From a virus: DNA of 64,000 nt. The stretch spans positions 2,444 to 66,443 of IMG/VR virus record IMGVR_UViG_3300032007_000082; one strand, written 5' to 3'. The notes below the pieces were generated by a model. That model made no database searches. It was not told where the DNA came from and saw only the letters and a program-made list of their open reading frames with translations. Shown one piece after another: positions 28,390 to 38,432 of the stretch (positions are counted from its first letter, which is position 1; each line of letters begins with the position of its first letter). The position numbers were made by a program, and so were the translations under genes.

Positions 28390-29895
28390 ATGGACGGACT
28401 TACAATAGAACAAGCTAAACAAGTTATTAAAGTTGCTATTTCGGTGAATCAACCGATACTAATACATGGCGCCCCAGGGGTTGGTAAAACTGCTTTTGTG
28501 AAAGCATTGGCAGAGGAGTTGAATATGAAATTTATAGATATTCGGCCATCTCAAACACCATCAGAAGAAATAACTGGCGTGGGAAATTTTGTTGTTGATA
28601 AAAACGGCTATAAACGTTTTGAAAAGACATTGCCAACAATCTTTCCAACAGACAAAGACATCAAAGCAATATTGTTTATTGATGAGTTAACTAACTGCCA
28701 AAAGGACGTGCAAGATGTGTTAATGTCAGTTATTAACGAAAGGTCACTGGGTGCTACTTTTTACAACGGCGAGCAGTATAAGTTGCCTGACGGGGTTGCT
28801 ATTGTGGCGGCCTGTAATGACTCTGATACATCAATAAACGCGAACGAGCTATCACAGCCATTAAAAAACAGATTTGGGCACATTTACATTACAAATGACA
28901 CAACAGAATTGGCAAACGGATGGCTGAAATGGGCAAAGAGCGCAGGAATCAACCCAGCGGTAATTGGTTATATTGAACAACACAAAAACAAAATTTACGA
29001 GCGCGACAAACTTGACAACGAAGAGATGATTTATTTAACGCCTCGTTCGTGGGAAGCGGTAAGCAAAATTTTAAACGCAAATCAGATTACAAGCGGGGCA
29101 GGACTTAAAGATGTCGTATTTTGCGTTAACGCGTATGTCAATGATAAAGAACTCGCGGTCAACCTTGTTAAGAATAGCCTCTCTGCTCGTGAAAATGCAA
29201 GCGGCGTCCCCGAACCAGTTATCGGTTACTTGGATAACAACAATCTTTCGTTTTTCTTTGAGAGTCTTCCGCTCGGTATCAACGTTTTGAAGTCAAAGCC
29301 ATCGGAGAAAATAACCTCATGTTATCTGTCGGGAACGGACTCTTTGGAACAATTAATTAGTGAGAAGAAGAGCATTGATGGAGACGCATCGCAGAAACTG
29401 GCATTTGCGTTAGAGCAAGTTGCGTTTTGGTTGGAGCTCTTTTGGACAGCTGATGGCAAGTGGGAAGGTTTGTGTTACAGAGATAATGGGCCTTTTTACT
29501 ATGGTGACTCCGTAGTTTGTAACAAGATTGCACCAATGCTTCAAGAAGCGGCAGATTGCGCGCGTGGAGCTTACGATCGTCCAGGAACGTTGCCCGTTAA
29601 CACCTTTGTTGGTTGCTTGCGCCCGTTCATTAGTCTTTACGAAGGAAAAGACAAAGAAAAAAAACTTTTTGAAAACGCAAGCATGCATGTCATCCTTGAC
29701 AACTTTGATGACGCGATTAAACTAATTGACGACGGGCTTTTTGTTCGGTGGGCTTGGATTAATGGTAAAGAAGACACAGAAAAGATGCAAGAGGAGATGA
29801 ACGAAAAATTTAAACATTTTTTATACCGTTTTAAACAAAAAAAAGATAGGGACGAAGAAGACACACTTGGTAGGATGGCGTTAATGGCTGTATAA
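28390..29895 (+). CDS. MoxR-like AAA+ ATPase
   Basis: GAPGVGKT, ILFIDEL, IVAACN, LSQPLKNRF, TPRSWE. Confidence 0.9.
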   Translation: MDGLTIEQAKQVIKVAISVNQPILIHGAPGVGKTAFVKALAEELNMKFIDIRPSQTPSEEITGVGNFVVDKNGYKRFEKTLPTIFPTDKDIKAILFIDELTNCQKDVQDVLMSVINERSLGATFYNGEQYKLPDGVAIVAACNDSDTSINANELSQPLKNRFGHIYITNDTTELANGWLKWAKSAGINPAVIGYIEQHKNKIYERDKLDNEEMIYLTPRSWEAVSKILNANQITSGAGLKDVVFCVNAYVNDKELAVNLVKNSLSARENASGVPEPVIGYLDNNNLSFFFESLPLGINVLKSKPSEKITSCYLSGTDSLEQLISEKKSIDGDASQKLAFALEQVAFWLELFWTADGKWEGLCYRDNGPFYYGDSVVCNKIAPMLQEAADCARGAYDRPGTLPVNTFVGCLRPFISLYEGKDKEKKLFENASMHVILDNFDDAIKLIDDGLFVRWAWINGKEDTEKMQEEMNEKFKHFLYRFKQKKDRDEEDTLGRMALMAV

Positions 29896-29897
29896 TT

Positions 29898-30878
29898 ATG
29901 AGTTTGCTTCATTATTTTATTTCGCCTGTCGTCTTGTATATCATCCAGTTCTGTCGCAACAATAGCAATATTGTTTTGCCGGCAATTTGTTTGATATTGT
30001 TGCCGTTAATGTATTATTTGCTCAAACAAGCATTCTTTTCCGACAGTGAATCGCACGACACCAAAGACGTAACGCCGCCGCCCCCACCACACGATGCAAA
30101 GGGGACGTTTCAAGAACTTCCACAATTTCAAATGCCACAAGCGCAAATGTATAACGAATTTACGGACGGCGTTGAGCAACCCGAGTATAACAGCGTGCTT
30201 CCAAACAAAGCCGCAGTATGTGTCGGCTCGGCCGATAGTTTGGCCAATAACAATGAAATGATCAAAAAAAATGACAATATAGCAAGTTATCCTTTATACA
30301 AAACTCTCAAAAAATACATAATAGACACGACAAAAAAATATGACAGAACTTATAGCAAGTATAACAAATTTAATACAATTTACAATAATGGCATCGTGTT
30401 GAAAGGGAAACAACAATCAAAAATACAAAACATGTCAACTTGTTGTGTTGCTATTGATGTGAGCGGTAGTGTTTCTGACGAGACAAAAAATAGAATCATT
30501 GACTGTTTATACGGTGTCGTCAGGAGAATGGGTAACAACACAAAGATTGCTCTAATATATTGGAGCGAGGGCATCGTTGCTTCATCTATCATTGACTCAA
30601 ACACAAAAAAAAGAGACATATTTATTCCAAGTGGTGGCGGCACAGACATTCAGTGCCTATTCAACAAAGAGTTGCAAAATGTTGATGAATCAGTAATGGC
30701 GTTATTACTCCGCCGCCCGCAAACGTTCATATTAACAGATGGCGAATTTAGCAATTTCAACGTCTATAACGATTATTTCAACAATGCAACGTGGTTAATA
30801 CACTCAAACACCAATTTTGATTCAAATTTAGCCAGCAAGCTCCCACGCAGCAAAGTTGTATATCTTGACTATTTGTAG
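29898..30878 (+). CDS. VWA-domain protein with N-terminal membrane anchor
   Basis: MIDAS motif IDVSGSV, GGGTD, ILTDG. Confidence 0.85.
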   Translation: MSLLHYFISPVVLYIIQFCRNNSNIVLPAICLILLPLMYYLLKQAFFSDSESHDTKDVTPPPPPHDAKGTFQELPQFQMPQAQMYNEFTDGVEQPEYNSVLPNKAAVCVGSADSLANNNEMIKKNDNIASYPLYKTLKKYIIDTTKKYDRTYSKYNKFNTIYNNGIVLKGKQQSKIQNMSTCCVAIDVSGSVSDETKNRIIDCLYGVVRRMGNNTKIALIYWSEGIVASSIIDSNTKKRDIFIPSGGGTDIQCLFNKELQNVDESVMALLLRRPQTFILTDGEFSNFNVYNDYFNNATWLIHSNTNFDSNLASKLPRSKVVYLDYL

Positions 30879-30881
30879 AGC

Positions 30882-31301
30882 GTTAACCACCCAGCCGCAC
30901 ATCATAAATCTGTTACTTTTTCTCTAATTTTTTCAAAAATATTATTAATTAACACAACAAAAGAATAGCTAATTATACCTCTAAAAAAATCATTATGAAT
31001 TACGTTGAAGATAAATTCAACATTTCCAGCAAATATTTCAGCAAAATACGCAAGCAAAACATCCAATGAAAATGCAGCAGCAACAGCAATTATACTACAA
31101 AAAAATTTATTAGTTATTTTTGTAGCATTTATAAAAATATTATCAACTACACCAATTTTATACTAAATCTTTTACAAAAAGATTTAAAAACTTACTAACA
31201 GTCATAAACAAAATTTAAATAAAAAGACATTATCAAATTTAATTGTCAAGCCCTGCAACGCAATTCATCACAGGGGCTGAAGACCCACTGTGTTTTCTTG
31301 C
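30882..31301 (-). mobile_element. degenerate non-autonomous derivative of IS element 2 carrying a passenger ORF remnant
   Basis: 31260-31301 matches 60364-60405 at 40/42 (reverse complement); 30882-30898 matches 61809-61825 at 15/17. Confidence 0.7.
30902..31205 (-). pseudogene. frameshifted small membrane-protein gene (IS cargo)
   Basis: MTVSKFLNLFVKDLV* followed by about 86 open codons in another frame with hydrophobic segments. Confidence 0.45.
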
Positions 31302-31310
31302 TCGCGAGAA

Positions 31311-31724
31311 TTACAAATTTGCAACCTGCACATAATAATCCACTTGATTTGTGTAGCAAACTTTGAGCTCTTCGTAAGCGTTGCGTAGATTGGCCGCGTT
31401 TTGCACTAAATTAAAAAAATTTTCCTCATCAAAAACATATTTGTCTCCTTCTTTTTGAGGCGCAACCTTTGCAAAGTGGAGTTTATCATCGGGTTTTACG
31501 CACCTTTCCATCTGTAAAACCTCGCCTTTATCTGCCTTTAAATACACCGTGTTTGGCGTGCAACCTGTAAAAGCAACGCCTATTATAGTCATCAGCGCGA
31601 CAACACCGATGGCCGTTAGCGCCATAATGCCCATGTCCTTCCAGTTTGTTTTGTACTGTGAAAAACTAACCTGTCCTTTGCCAGCAACATTGCTCTCAAT
31701 CACTTCAAGTTCACTCATAATCAA
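31311..31724 (-). CDS. o-spanin-like lipoprotein
   Basis: hydrophobic stretch ending VAFTGC lipobox; downstream of the i-spanin-like gene. Confidence 0.65.
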   Translation of the reverse strand: MIMSELEVIESNVAGKGQVSFSQYKTNWKDMGIMALTAIGVVALMTIIGVAFTGCTPNTVYLKADKGEVLQMERCVKPDDKLHFAKVAPQKEGDKYVFDEENFFNLVQNAANLRNAYEELKVCYTNQVDYYVQVANL

Positions 31725-32025
31725 AAATCATTGATAACGCTTTTATCAGGTCATCGCCGTTGCTTGTTGCGTCTTTTTTTACTTCAATTTTTTTTATTTT
31801 TTTCAATTCTTCTTGCAATTTTTGCACTTGCTGACTGTAAAGCTTTTTTTCAGCCAACATAGCGCTATTGGTTGTTGTCAAGCTTTGAACCGAAGTATTT
31901 AACCGCTCTATCGTTTGCGCTTGTTTGCCAATTTTTGCCTCTCTATTGACAATATAGATTACCAGCGCAACCACGCCCGCAATCAACACAATAACCGCTA
32001 TTGCAAGTTTTTTCAAACTATCCAT
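31711..32025 (-). CDS. i-spanin-like protein
   Basis: N-terminal TM helix plus coiled coil. Confidence 0.65.
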   Translation of the reverse strand: MDSLKKLAIAVIVLIAGVVALVIYIVNREAKIGKQAQTIERLNTSVQSLTTTNSAMLAEKKLYSQQVQKLQEELKKIKKIEVKKDATSNGDDLIKALSMIFDYE

Positions 32026-32027
32026 AA

Positions 32028-32591
32028 TTACAAATCATCACACAAATGCTCGTTATTGAATGTCTTTGCCATAACCGCGCATATTTCTTTTTGTTTCTTG
32101 CAATCATCCTTATTCTCGCAAATCTTATCACTTTTATGGCGGTTATATTTGGCCTCAACAATCTGTAAGTTGTCTTCAAAATTATAATAGTCATCTACTT
32201 GCGAGCAATCAATCCTCCTTGCAAGATATGCAAACGGTAGGACGTGATCAATTTGAAGCTGGTTTTTGTCGTGTGTTGTCAATATTCCTTGACTTGCTTT
32301 AACGTGCCAAGTCCCAGTTTTCACACGACAAAACCCATTGTCAATATCATAGGTTATCGGGCGTTTTAACTTCTTTGCTTCCTTGTAAAGCAAATAGTGA
32401 TTAAAACGCATCTTGCACCCCAGCTCCTCCACATAAACAACCTTCCATCTCGGACGTTTGCATTTGACCGTCTCGCTTGCATAAACGCATTTGGAAAGAC
32501 AGAAAAACCCACCACACAAGACAGCAAGCCAAAAAGCGCCAATCGCTTCATTTACAATTTTATCAACAATCCACTTTTTCATAATCAACAA
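32028..32591 (-). CDS. exported DUF1524-like His-Me finger nuclease
   Basis: signal-like N-terminus; CRVKTGTW...QIDHVLP...NLQIVEAKYNRHKSDK. Confidence 0.7.
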   Translation of the reverse strand: MLIMKKWIVDKIVNEAIGAFWLAVLCGGFFCLSKCVYASETVKCKRPRWKVVYVEELGCKMRFNHYLLYKEAKKLKRPITYDIDNGFCRVKTGTWHVKASQGILTTHDKNQLQIDHVLPFAYLARRIDCSQVDDYYNFEDNLQIVEAKYNRHKSDKICENKDDCKKQKEICAVMAKTFNNEHLCDDL

Positions 32592-32938
32592 TTTTCACAA
32601 CCCGAACCATCAATTATCTGTTGAACACTTGCAGGTTTGTAATCCGCCATTTTCATAATCTGATCCGCAATTCCTGGCGCGGCACCGCTAATAATCACAC
32701 CCAGCAACAGCATAATATATTGGTTTATTGATGATGTGTTTGAGCGAACATTTTCCTTGAAAACATCACTCGCATATTGTTTGTCCTTTAAATTGCCTTC
32801 AACAAGTTGGCGTTTGCAATAGTGGTCGTCATAAAGTTTATACGCAATTAATGCAACAATCAAAACGATTGCAGCAACCGCAAGCACTGTTTTTGTTAAA
32901 TCAGCAGTCATCATAACACCTTGTTGCTCTTCTTGCAA
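32585..32938 (-). CDS. membrane protein (holin candidate)
   Basis: two hydrophobic segments within the lysis region. Confidence 0.5.
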   Translation of the reverse strand: MQEEQQGVMMTADLTKTVLAVAAIVLIVALIAYKLYDDHYCKRQLVEGNLKDKQYASDVFKENVRSNTSSINQYIMLLLGVIISGAAPGIADQIMKMADYKPASVQQIIDGSGCENC

Positions 32939-33588
32939 TTACAAATATGACACACAACTTGCAAGTTTTTTTTTGTTGTTTTACCACCTAAACTTAACGG
33001 TTTGATGTGATCTAAATCCAGCTTTTCTGCTGGAAAAATTTGTTTGCAAATTTGGCACTGATTGTTTGCCTCTGCTATCATTTCTTTGCGGAGTTTAGAT
33101 TGTTTATAACGCGCTTCTGTGCGTTTTTCAACTGGCACCCACTCCTCATCAGGTATTGGCTCGGTTTGATGATAGTTATAGATTTTTTTGTTGACAAAAC
33201 CGCCAGCGCCCGCAACACTCATCACCAAGTAGTTATTAATTTGCGTGTGCATTACGCGCCGTTTGCATGCGTAAAATTGGCTCTCTGTCGCAAAGTATTT
33301 AGCCATGTCATCATTAACTTTGCGGTCAAGACAAAAATCCTTCATTTTCATGACAAGCTTGACACTTCTAAATTGTCTTTGTGTTTTGTAGTTGAAAAAC
33401 TGGTTTTCTTGACAAGAAAAAAAGGCATCTGTGTTTATTTTTTTCTCAATTTTTGTGTCCTCAAAACGCCTCCAACAAAACTCATCAACACGCTTGAAAA
33501 CACTTTTTGACACCCTTGCGCATAAAATCTCGGCGACATTCTGTGCGATGTAATCAAGTTCCTGTTGTGTCATTTCTCCCCATCGCAA
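32911..33588 (-). CDS. HNH endonuclease
   Basis: CQIC...DLDHIKPLSLGG...NLQVVCHICNCKK. Confidence 0.9.
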   Translation of the reverse strand: MRWGEMTQQELDYIAQNVAEILCARVSKSVFKRVDEFCWRRFEDTKIEKKINTDAFFSCQENQFFNYKTQRQFRSVKLVMKMKDFCLDRKVNDDMAKYFATESQFYACKRRVMHTQINNYLVMSVAGAGGFVNKKIYNYHQTEPIPDEEWVPVEKRTEARYKQSKLRKEMIAEANNQCQICKQIFPAEKLDLDHIKPLSLGGKTTKKNLQVVCHICNCKKSNKVL

Positions 33589-33887
33589 TTAAACACTTCT
33601 GATTTTCCTTTTAGTCGTCTTGATACCGCAACTATACCATTTACAATATACTTTGCTCTTTTAGCCAAGCTAAAAATTAGGAGTGCATCAATCCCTGTAA
33701 GAAGCACGCAAATCCACAAACCATTTTTCGCAACAAGCTCGCAATTATTTCCTTGACACGTCAAGCAAACGTTAATTATATCATGCCATATGCCTTTAAT
33801 AACTACCGTGATAACACATGAAACAACGGCAAGCACAAAAGCTATTGCAAAATCCCACCCATTTGTCTTTACATCAGAATTAGACAC
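33570..33887 (-). CDS. membrane protein (holin candidate)
   Basis: two TM segments, basic C-terminal region. Confidence 0.5.
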   Translation of the reverse strand: MSNSDVKTNGWDFAIAFVLAVVSCVITVVIKGIWHDIINVCLTCQGNNCELVAKNGLWICVLLTGIDALLIFSLAKRAKYIVNGIVAVSRRLKGKSEVFNCDGEK

Positions 33888-34173
33888 CCTTCAAAAACAT
33901 TATACTTCTTATTGCTGCGGGGTCGGTTATGCCGTTTTGGATGCAAACCTCTTTCAACTTATTGGCGTTATACTGGTTCAAAACTGGTGCAAACACGGTC
34001 GCTGCATGGCAACAAATAACCACACACGCCACGACTTTCAGAGTGGTGCAATAAACGTTCAATTTTTTTTCCGCACTTTTGATAGCACAGAATAAACCAA
34101 ATATGACAATGCCAGTCAATGCGCCATGCCAAAATATGCAAGCGTTATTAAATAATGAGTTCATATCTTCCAA
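33880..34173 (-). CDS. membrane protein (holin candidate)
   Basis: two TM segments, adjacent to the endolysin. Confidence 0.5.
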   Translation of the reverse strand: MEDMNSLFNNACIFWHGALTGIVIFGLFCAIKSAEKKLNVYCTTLKVVACVVICCHAATVFAPVLNQYNANKLKEVCIQNGITDPAAIRSIMFLKGV

Positions 34174-34655
34174 TAATTTTTAACTCCAAAAAATAGTTCT
34201 ATTTCTTCATTGCGGCGTTTTTTGATGCCGTTTTTCAATTTAGGGTCAACATTAGCCCAGAAGTCCCACTCGCTCATTGCTTTGTCAAGATTTCCACACA
34301 ACAAATAACTCCTGCATTTTGATGTCTTCCAGCGTGGCGCACCGCAATTATAAATCAAACTATACAGCGCGGCTTTTTGTTTATCAGTCATCACCTGTCC
34401 GCGCGATTTAAAAGCCCTTGCTATTTCCTCCACACAATCGCCACAATTTTTCCTGCAATAACACACAAGCTGAAATTCCGCATCTTTCTCATTAATTGTT
34501 TGCCCCTCGCAAACTGGGCTGTTATCAGATGGATAAGTCCCATATATGCCGTAACCGATAGTCCAACATTTCTCTCCCGGTAGCTTGTAGGCGCAACGGC
34601 AATATTTCTCGCGCTGTTTTATCAAATCAATAGCAATTTTCGGCACTATAATCAT
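34161..34655 (-). CDS. endolysin, GH24 phage lysozyme
   Basis: IDLIKQRE..AY..WTIGYG..Q.AALYSLIYNCG..GIKKRRNEEIELF. Confidence 0.92.
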   Translation of the reverse strand: MIIVPKIAIDLIKQREKYCRCAYKLPGEKCWTIGYGIYGTYPSDNSPVCEGQTINEKDAEFQLVCYCRKNCGDCVEEIARAFKSRGQVMTDKQKAALYSLIYNCGAPRWKTSKCRSYLLCGNLDKAMSEWDFWANVDPKLKNGIKKRRNEEIELFFGVKNYWKI

Positions 34656-35377
34656 AACCCCTCAACCCCTTCAACTCCATTTAATCCAGTCAACCCAGCA
34701 AGTTCAATTTGCACCTCTTGCTTGGCTTTTTCAATATCTATTGCTTGCACCTCTTCAAGTGTTGCCGCTGCTTCAAGCTGTGCCAGCAATTCTGATTTTT
34801 TCTTTTTGTTTAGAATATTGGTGTTCATGGTGCTATTTACACGCCGTATCCATCTAATAAGTGCATTGTCTGTATTTATTACGTTTGCAATTACTGATAA
34901 AACGCCAAGCGCAGTTTCCTTGTTATTACATATCTTCCCTAAATACTCAAAGGTCTCTTCACTTTTACTTGCCCATTCGTGCAACAATGCTTCAACTTGA
35001 AATTTTGTGATGCCAGAATTAAAAACAATCAACCCATCTTTATTTTTTTTATAACCAAAAAGTCCTACAAACACTGCCAGCGCTTCATTTATTTCCGAGT
35101 TATCAAATAACTGCTTTTCAACAAACTCTTTTTCAATTTCCTCTTTTTTCTTGCCCTTTTCAATATCCAAATCATAGTCAAGATTGTCATATACAACACC
35201 GTCCTTTACAACCTGATTTTTTTTGATGACATAATCATATTTAGCATCAGAAAACGGAACATGTTCGCCTTTCTCCACAAGTTCATTTCTTTTGATATTA
35301 AACTGCTGGCGTTCACCTCCTTGTTTTTCTTTTTCAATCTTCAAAATTGGCTCGCTTTTTACTAAATTCATAATCAA
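34652..35377 (-). CDS. tail fiber assembly chaperone-like protein
   Basis: downstream of the fiber gene; LEAAATLEEVQAI C-terminal motif. Confidence 0.6.
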   Translation of the reverse strand: MIMNLVKSEPILKIEKEKQGGERQQFNIKRNELVEKGEHVPFSDAKYDYVIKKNQVVKDGVVYDNLDYDLDIEKGKKKEEIEKEFVEKQLFDNSEINEALAVFVGLFGYKKNKDGLIVFNSGITKFQVEALLHEWASKSEETFEYLGKICNNKETALGVLSVIANVINTDNALIRWIRRVNSTMNTNILNKKKKSELLAQLEAAATLEEVQAIDIEKAKQEVQIELAGLTGLNGVEGVEGL

Positions 35378-35382
35378 ATCAT

Positions 35383-37797
35383 TTAACTTCCACTATTTTC
35401 AACAGGCACATTGCTTGCATTTGGATTGACATAGTTGGCAAATTGCTTTCTCATTGCAACCTCATCGTGGTCTTTTATGACTACGTAAAGTGCATATGCA
35501 TTCGCTGATAGTTGTAATGGCGCACCATCTGAATACGTAGCATCACCCAGCGATGCGTCAAGCCCAATTGAATTTATACTGCCCGAAGTGTTGCCACCCC
35601 AAGAGGTTGCATTTCCTACGTTGCCAGTGGCAGCGCCGGTTATTGAGCCTCCATTACGTCTTAAATACGTGTAGCCCCACGAGGCAGTGATGTTAGGCGC
35701 GCTCTGCGGGCATGTTGTCCCGTATTTCGCCGTGTCAGAGTTATCAAAATATATGTTAACCGTGTTCGCCAACCTCAACCAATTTTCAGCTGTTGTGTCG
35801 TGTGCCGTGTCTCTTGTATAATTTTTATTCCCGTCCCACGACAAAAACTGTCCGTTATCTGATATTGTTCCATCAGTGCCACCCTTCCACGTGGCCTGCT
35901 CATCATAAATTGCAGTTGTTCCGTCAGATTGGATGAATGTGTAAATTTCCCCGAGTGCTGTTTTAGCAACTGTTGCAATTATGTCTTTAATGTAGCTCTG
36001 CGCCTCTGCTTCTGTTCCGATATATGTGCCAATTAAATTGTTGCCTGTGATTGTGACGACTTGCAAAGTCCACTGCAAATTGCTTGAATCGTAAGTTGCT
36101 AAAACTTTTACATTGCTGACATCAACATAACCTGCATTGTCAGGTTGCAACAACAAATGAATATCAAGCGAGCCACCGACTGTGTATAGTGCCTGATTGT
36201 TGCTGTCAAACTCTTCCACAACCGCAACATAAAGTGAGTTTGCTTGTCCGAATGTGCCAGTAAAAACGAAGAAATCACCATCATTATAGCTTGATGGCAG
36301 AGATGTGCCTTGTGTTATTGCGGCCGTAATATCCGCCCATATACCAACTTGCTCGCCGTTTTGTTCAACAATCTTGTAAGCATAATATTTCTGACCATTT
36401 GGCTCAAAATAGAATGGTGTTGTTGCAGGGTTTTCAGGAGGTGTTGTTGACTCTGGACACACAACATTATACCAATTTCCATATTTCAAGCTGTTAATGG
36501 CAGAATTTGCGACAGAGCCAGCGCTATAACTGTATTGCAAGGTTTGAATAGAGTTGACAAACCCAACCTCACCATTCAACACATATAACTCGCCGACATT
36601 TGCAACATCAACTTCGGGCAGATTGTCAACAAAGTTTATATGTGGCGTGTTTGTCTGTGTTGATATGTCAAGCCAAACGCCCACTGGTTCATCACCACTT
36701 GTGTCAATAGAATAAACATAATATTTATTATCTGTCGTGTTATAGCAATAATCACCTTCTTGCGCGCTTGCTGGAAGTTCTACAACTTGTGGACATGTCA
36801 AGTTAGTGTAGTTATATGCGCCTGTGTAATAGTTCAAATTTGAGCCATCAAAGAGAGGGCCGAATATTTGCTGATTGTTTAGTGTAAATTGAAGTGCGCC
36901 GTTTGCTCCCGGGGTTTCACTTGGAACATTTGCTATTGGAGTATGAGGCGCTTGCTGTATTATTTGGCGCTGGCGCAAACCGTCTGCTTCAATTCTAAAC
37001 GCCATTTTGCCAGCTTCGGATATGACAAAAGATTGGTCTACTTGCACCTGCGCTTCTCCTGGTTGTGGGTTTAGGTTGTATTCAAGTGGCAAGCGGAAAC
37101 CGTTGCCGTCAATAGTGACCTCTCTATCTGTTGGATCTTCTGTTTGTCGCCAACCAAATAATGGTTTGTCGCTCCACCTGATTTTACCAAACTGCCCGTA
37201 AGGATTGGTAACGTGGTGCACTATTGCTGTTTGTTGCCAAACCTTATCATCGTAGATTATTGTCCTGTTGGCTTCCGCGATGTTATATTTATCAAATCCA
37301 AGAGCAAGATTTTTTAGCCAAGCTTTTATTTGCGGGCAATCCGTGATGTCAACAAGGCCACCTATTGATTTTTTGATATAACCTTGGTCCATCAAAAACA
37401 AGTCAAAGGGGTCCTCTTTTTTCATGATTTCATCAAGGACAAGGTGCCATTTGGATTTGCTACTTGTTCCGCCGCCTTCACCTAATCCTACCTCTCCATT
37501 ATCGCCGACCACTAATACCATCCCAGCATTTTCGGCGCCCTGATTCTTGTCAATCTTTGCGTTCAGCAATGTATCTGTTTGTGTTTTAGTATATGATGGG
37601 CCAATTTCTATAAAAGATTGCTGTGTCTGATTGTATTGGTAGGTTTTACCGTTCTCCTTACAATAACAAATCAGCCCATCATAGATTTTGTTGCGATTAT
37701 AAGCAAGCATTGCCGAGAGTGTGTTGAAGACAAAACGATTGTCCACTGGAAAACCACCCTCGCATTGCAATGGTTGCAACATTTTTTTACCAACCAT
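35383..37797 (-). CDS. tail fiber protein
   Basis: PVDNRFVF..IYDGLICYCKE N-terminus, repeated LP..A..GD modules, C-terminal APNITASW..LDAS module. Confidence 0.75.
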   Translation of the reverse strand: MVGKKMLQPLQCEGGFPVDNRFVFNTLSAMLAYNRNKIYDGLICYCKENGKTYQYNQTQQSFIEIGPSYTKTQTDTLLNAKIDKNQGAENAGMVLVVGDNGEVGLGEGGGTSSKSKWHLVLDEIMKKEDPFDLFLMDQGYIKKSIGGLVDITDCPQIKAWLKNLALGFDKYNIAEANRTIIYDDKVWQQTAIVHHVTNPYGQFGKIRWSDKPLFGWRQTEDPTDREVTIDGNGFRLPLEYNLNPQPGEAQVQVDQSFVISEAGKMAFRIEADGLRQRQIIQQAPHTPIANVPSETPGANGALQFTLNNQQIFGPLFDGSNLNYYTGAYNYTNLTCPQVVELPASAQEGDYCYNTTDNKYYVYSIDTSGDEPVGVWLDISTQTNTPHINFVDNLPEVDVANVGELYVLNGEVGFVNSIQTLQYSYSAGSVANSAINSLKYGNWYNVVCPESTTPPENPATTPFYFEPNGQKYYAYKIVEQNGEQVGIWADITAAITQGTSLPSSYNDGDFFVFTGTFGQANSLYVAVVEEFDSNNQALYTVGGSLDIHLLLQPDNAGYVDVSNVKVLATYDSSNLQWTLQVVTITGNNLIGTYIGTEAEAQSYIKDIIATVAKTALGEIYTFIQSDGTTAIYDEQATWKGGTDGTISDNGQFLSWDGNKNYTRDTAHDTTAENWLRLANTVNIYFDNSDTAKYGTTCPQSAPNITASWGYTYLRRNGGSITGAATGNVGNATSWGGNTSGSINSIGLDASLGDATYSDGAPLQLSANAYALYVVIKDHDEVAMRKQFANYVNPNASNVPVENSGS

Positions 37798-37798
37798 A

Positions 37799-38428
37799 TT
37801 AACCAGACACTACAACTATTTTGAACGTTTGCCCTGCGTATAATGTAGACGCGCTGGCATCAATCGTCATTATAATAGAATTTGCGGTTACTTGTAATCC
37901 GGTAACAATCCAGTTCCCATCGGCATCAAATACCGTGACCGTGCAATTTGTTGTTCCCAAGGTGTTAGGTACTGTGTAAGTGGTTGTTCCGTCCACAATA
38001 GTGACTGTCTGCGACAAACGGCCGTTTCCGGAAGGAACCAAGAACCACGTTGCAGGCGTTGTTGTGGTTTTGCGCTTCGCGCAGAAAAAAGTATCACCAA
38101 TTTGCGCGTATTGCTCACTGCCAGTTGGGCCATAATTTCCGTCCGCTCCTACAATATAAGCATCTTGTAAATCAGGGTCTTCCGGCAAATTAACCAGCGC
38201 TCCTGTTCCGCTTCCGCCGACTGTTCCCTTAAATTTGAGCCCGCCCGAGAAAGTTGACCACTTGTTGGCAGAGCCGTCGTAATACAACACGCACCCCGTG
38301 TCTGTTTCGTAGACCAACTGGCCAGCGACCGGGTTGGCAGGCCTCGTGAGAGACGTGCAGTGTTCCACAACAAAATTATGTCCGGGGATTTTTAAATAAT
38401 CCACATCAGTTGCAATTTTATAAGTCAT
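37799..38428 (-). CDS. tail fiber-associated structural protein
   Basis: RPANPVAGQLVYETDTG, GLKFKGTV..LP..AYIV modules. Confidence 0.65.
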   Translation of the reverse strand: MTYKIATDVDYLKIPGHNFVVEHCTSLTRPANPVAGQLVYETDTGCVLYYDGSANKWSTFSGGLKFKGTVGGSGTGALVNLPEDPDLQDAYIVGADGNYGPTGSEQYAQIGDTFFCAKRKTTTTPATWFLVPSGNGRLSQTVTIVDGTTTYTVPNTLGTTNCTVTVFDADGNWIVTGLQVTANSIIMTIDASASTLYAGQTFKIVVVSG

Positions 38429-38432
38429 ACTA

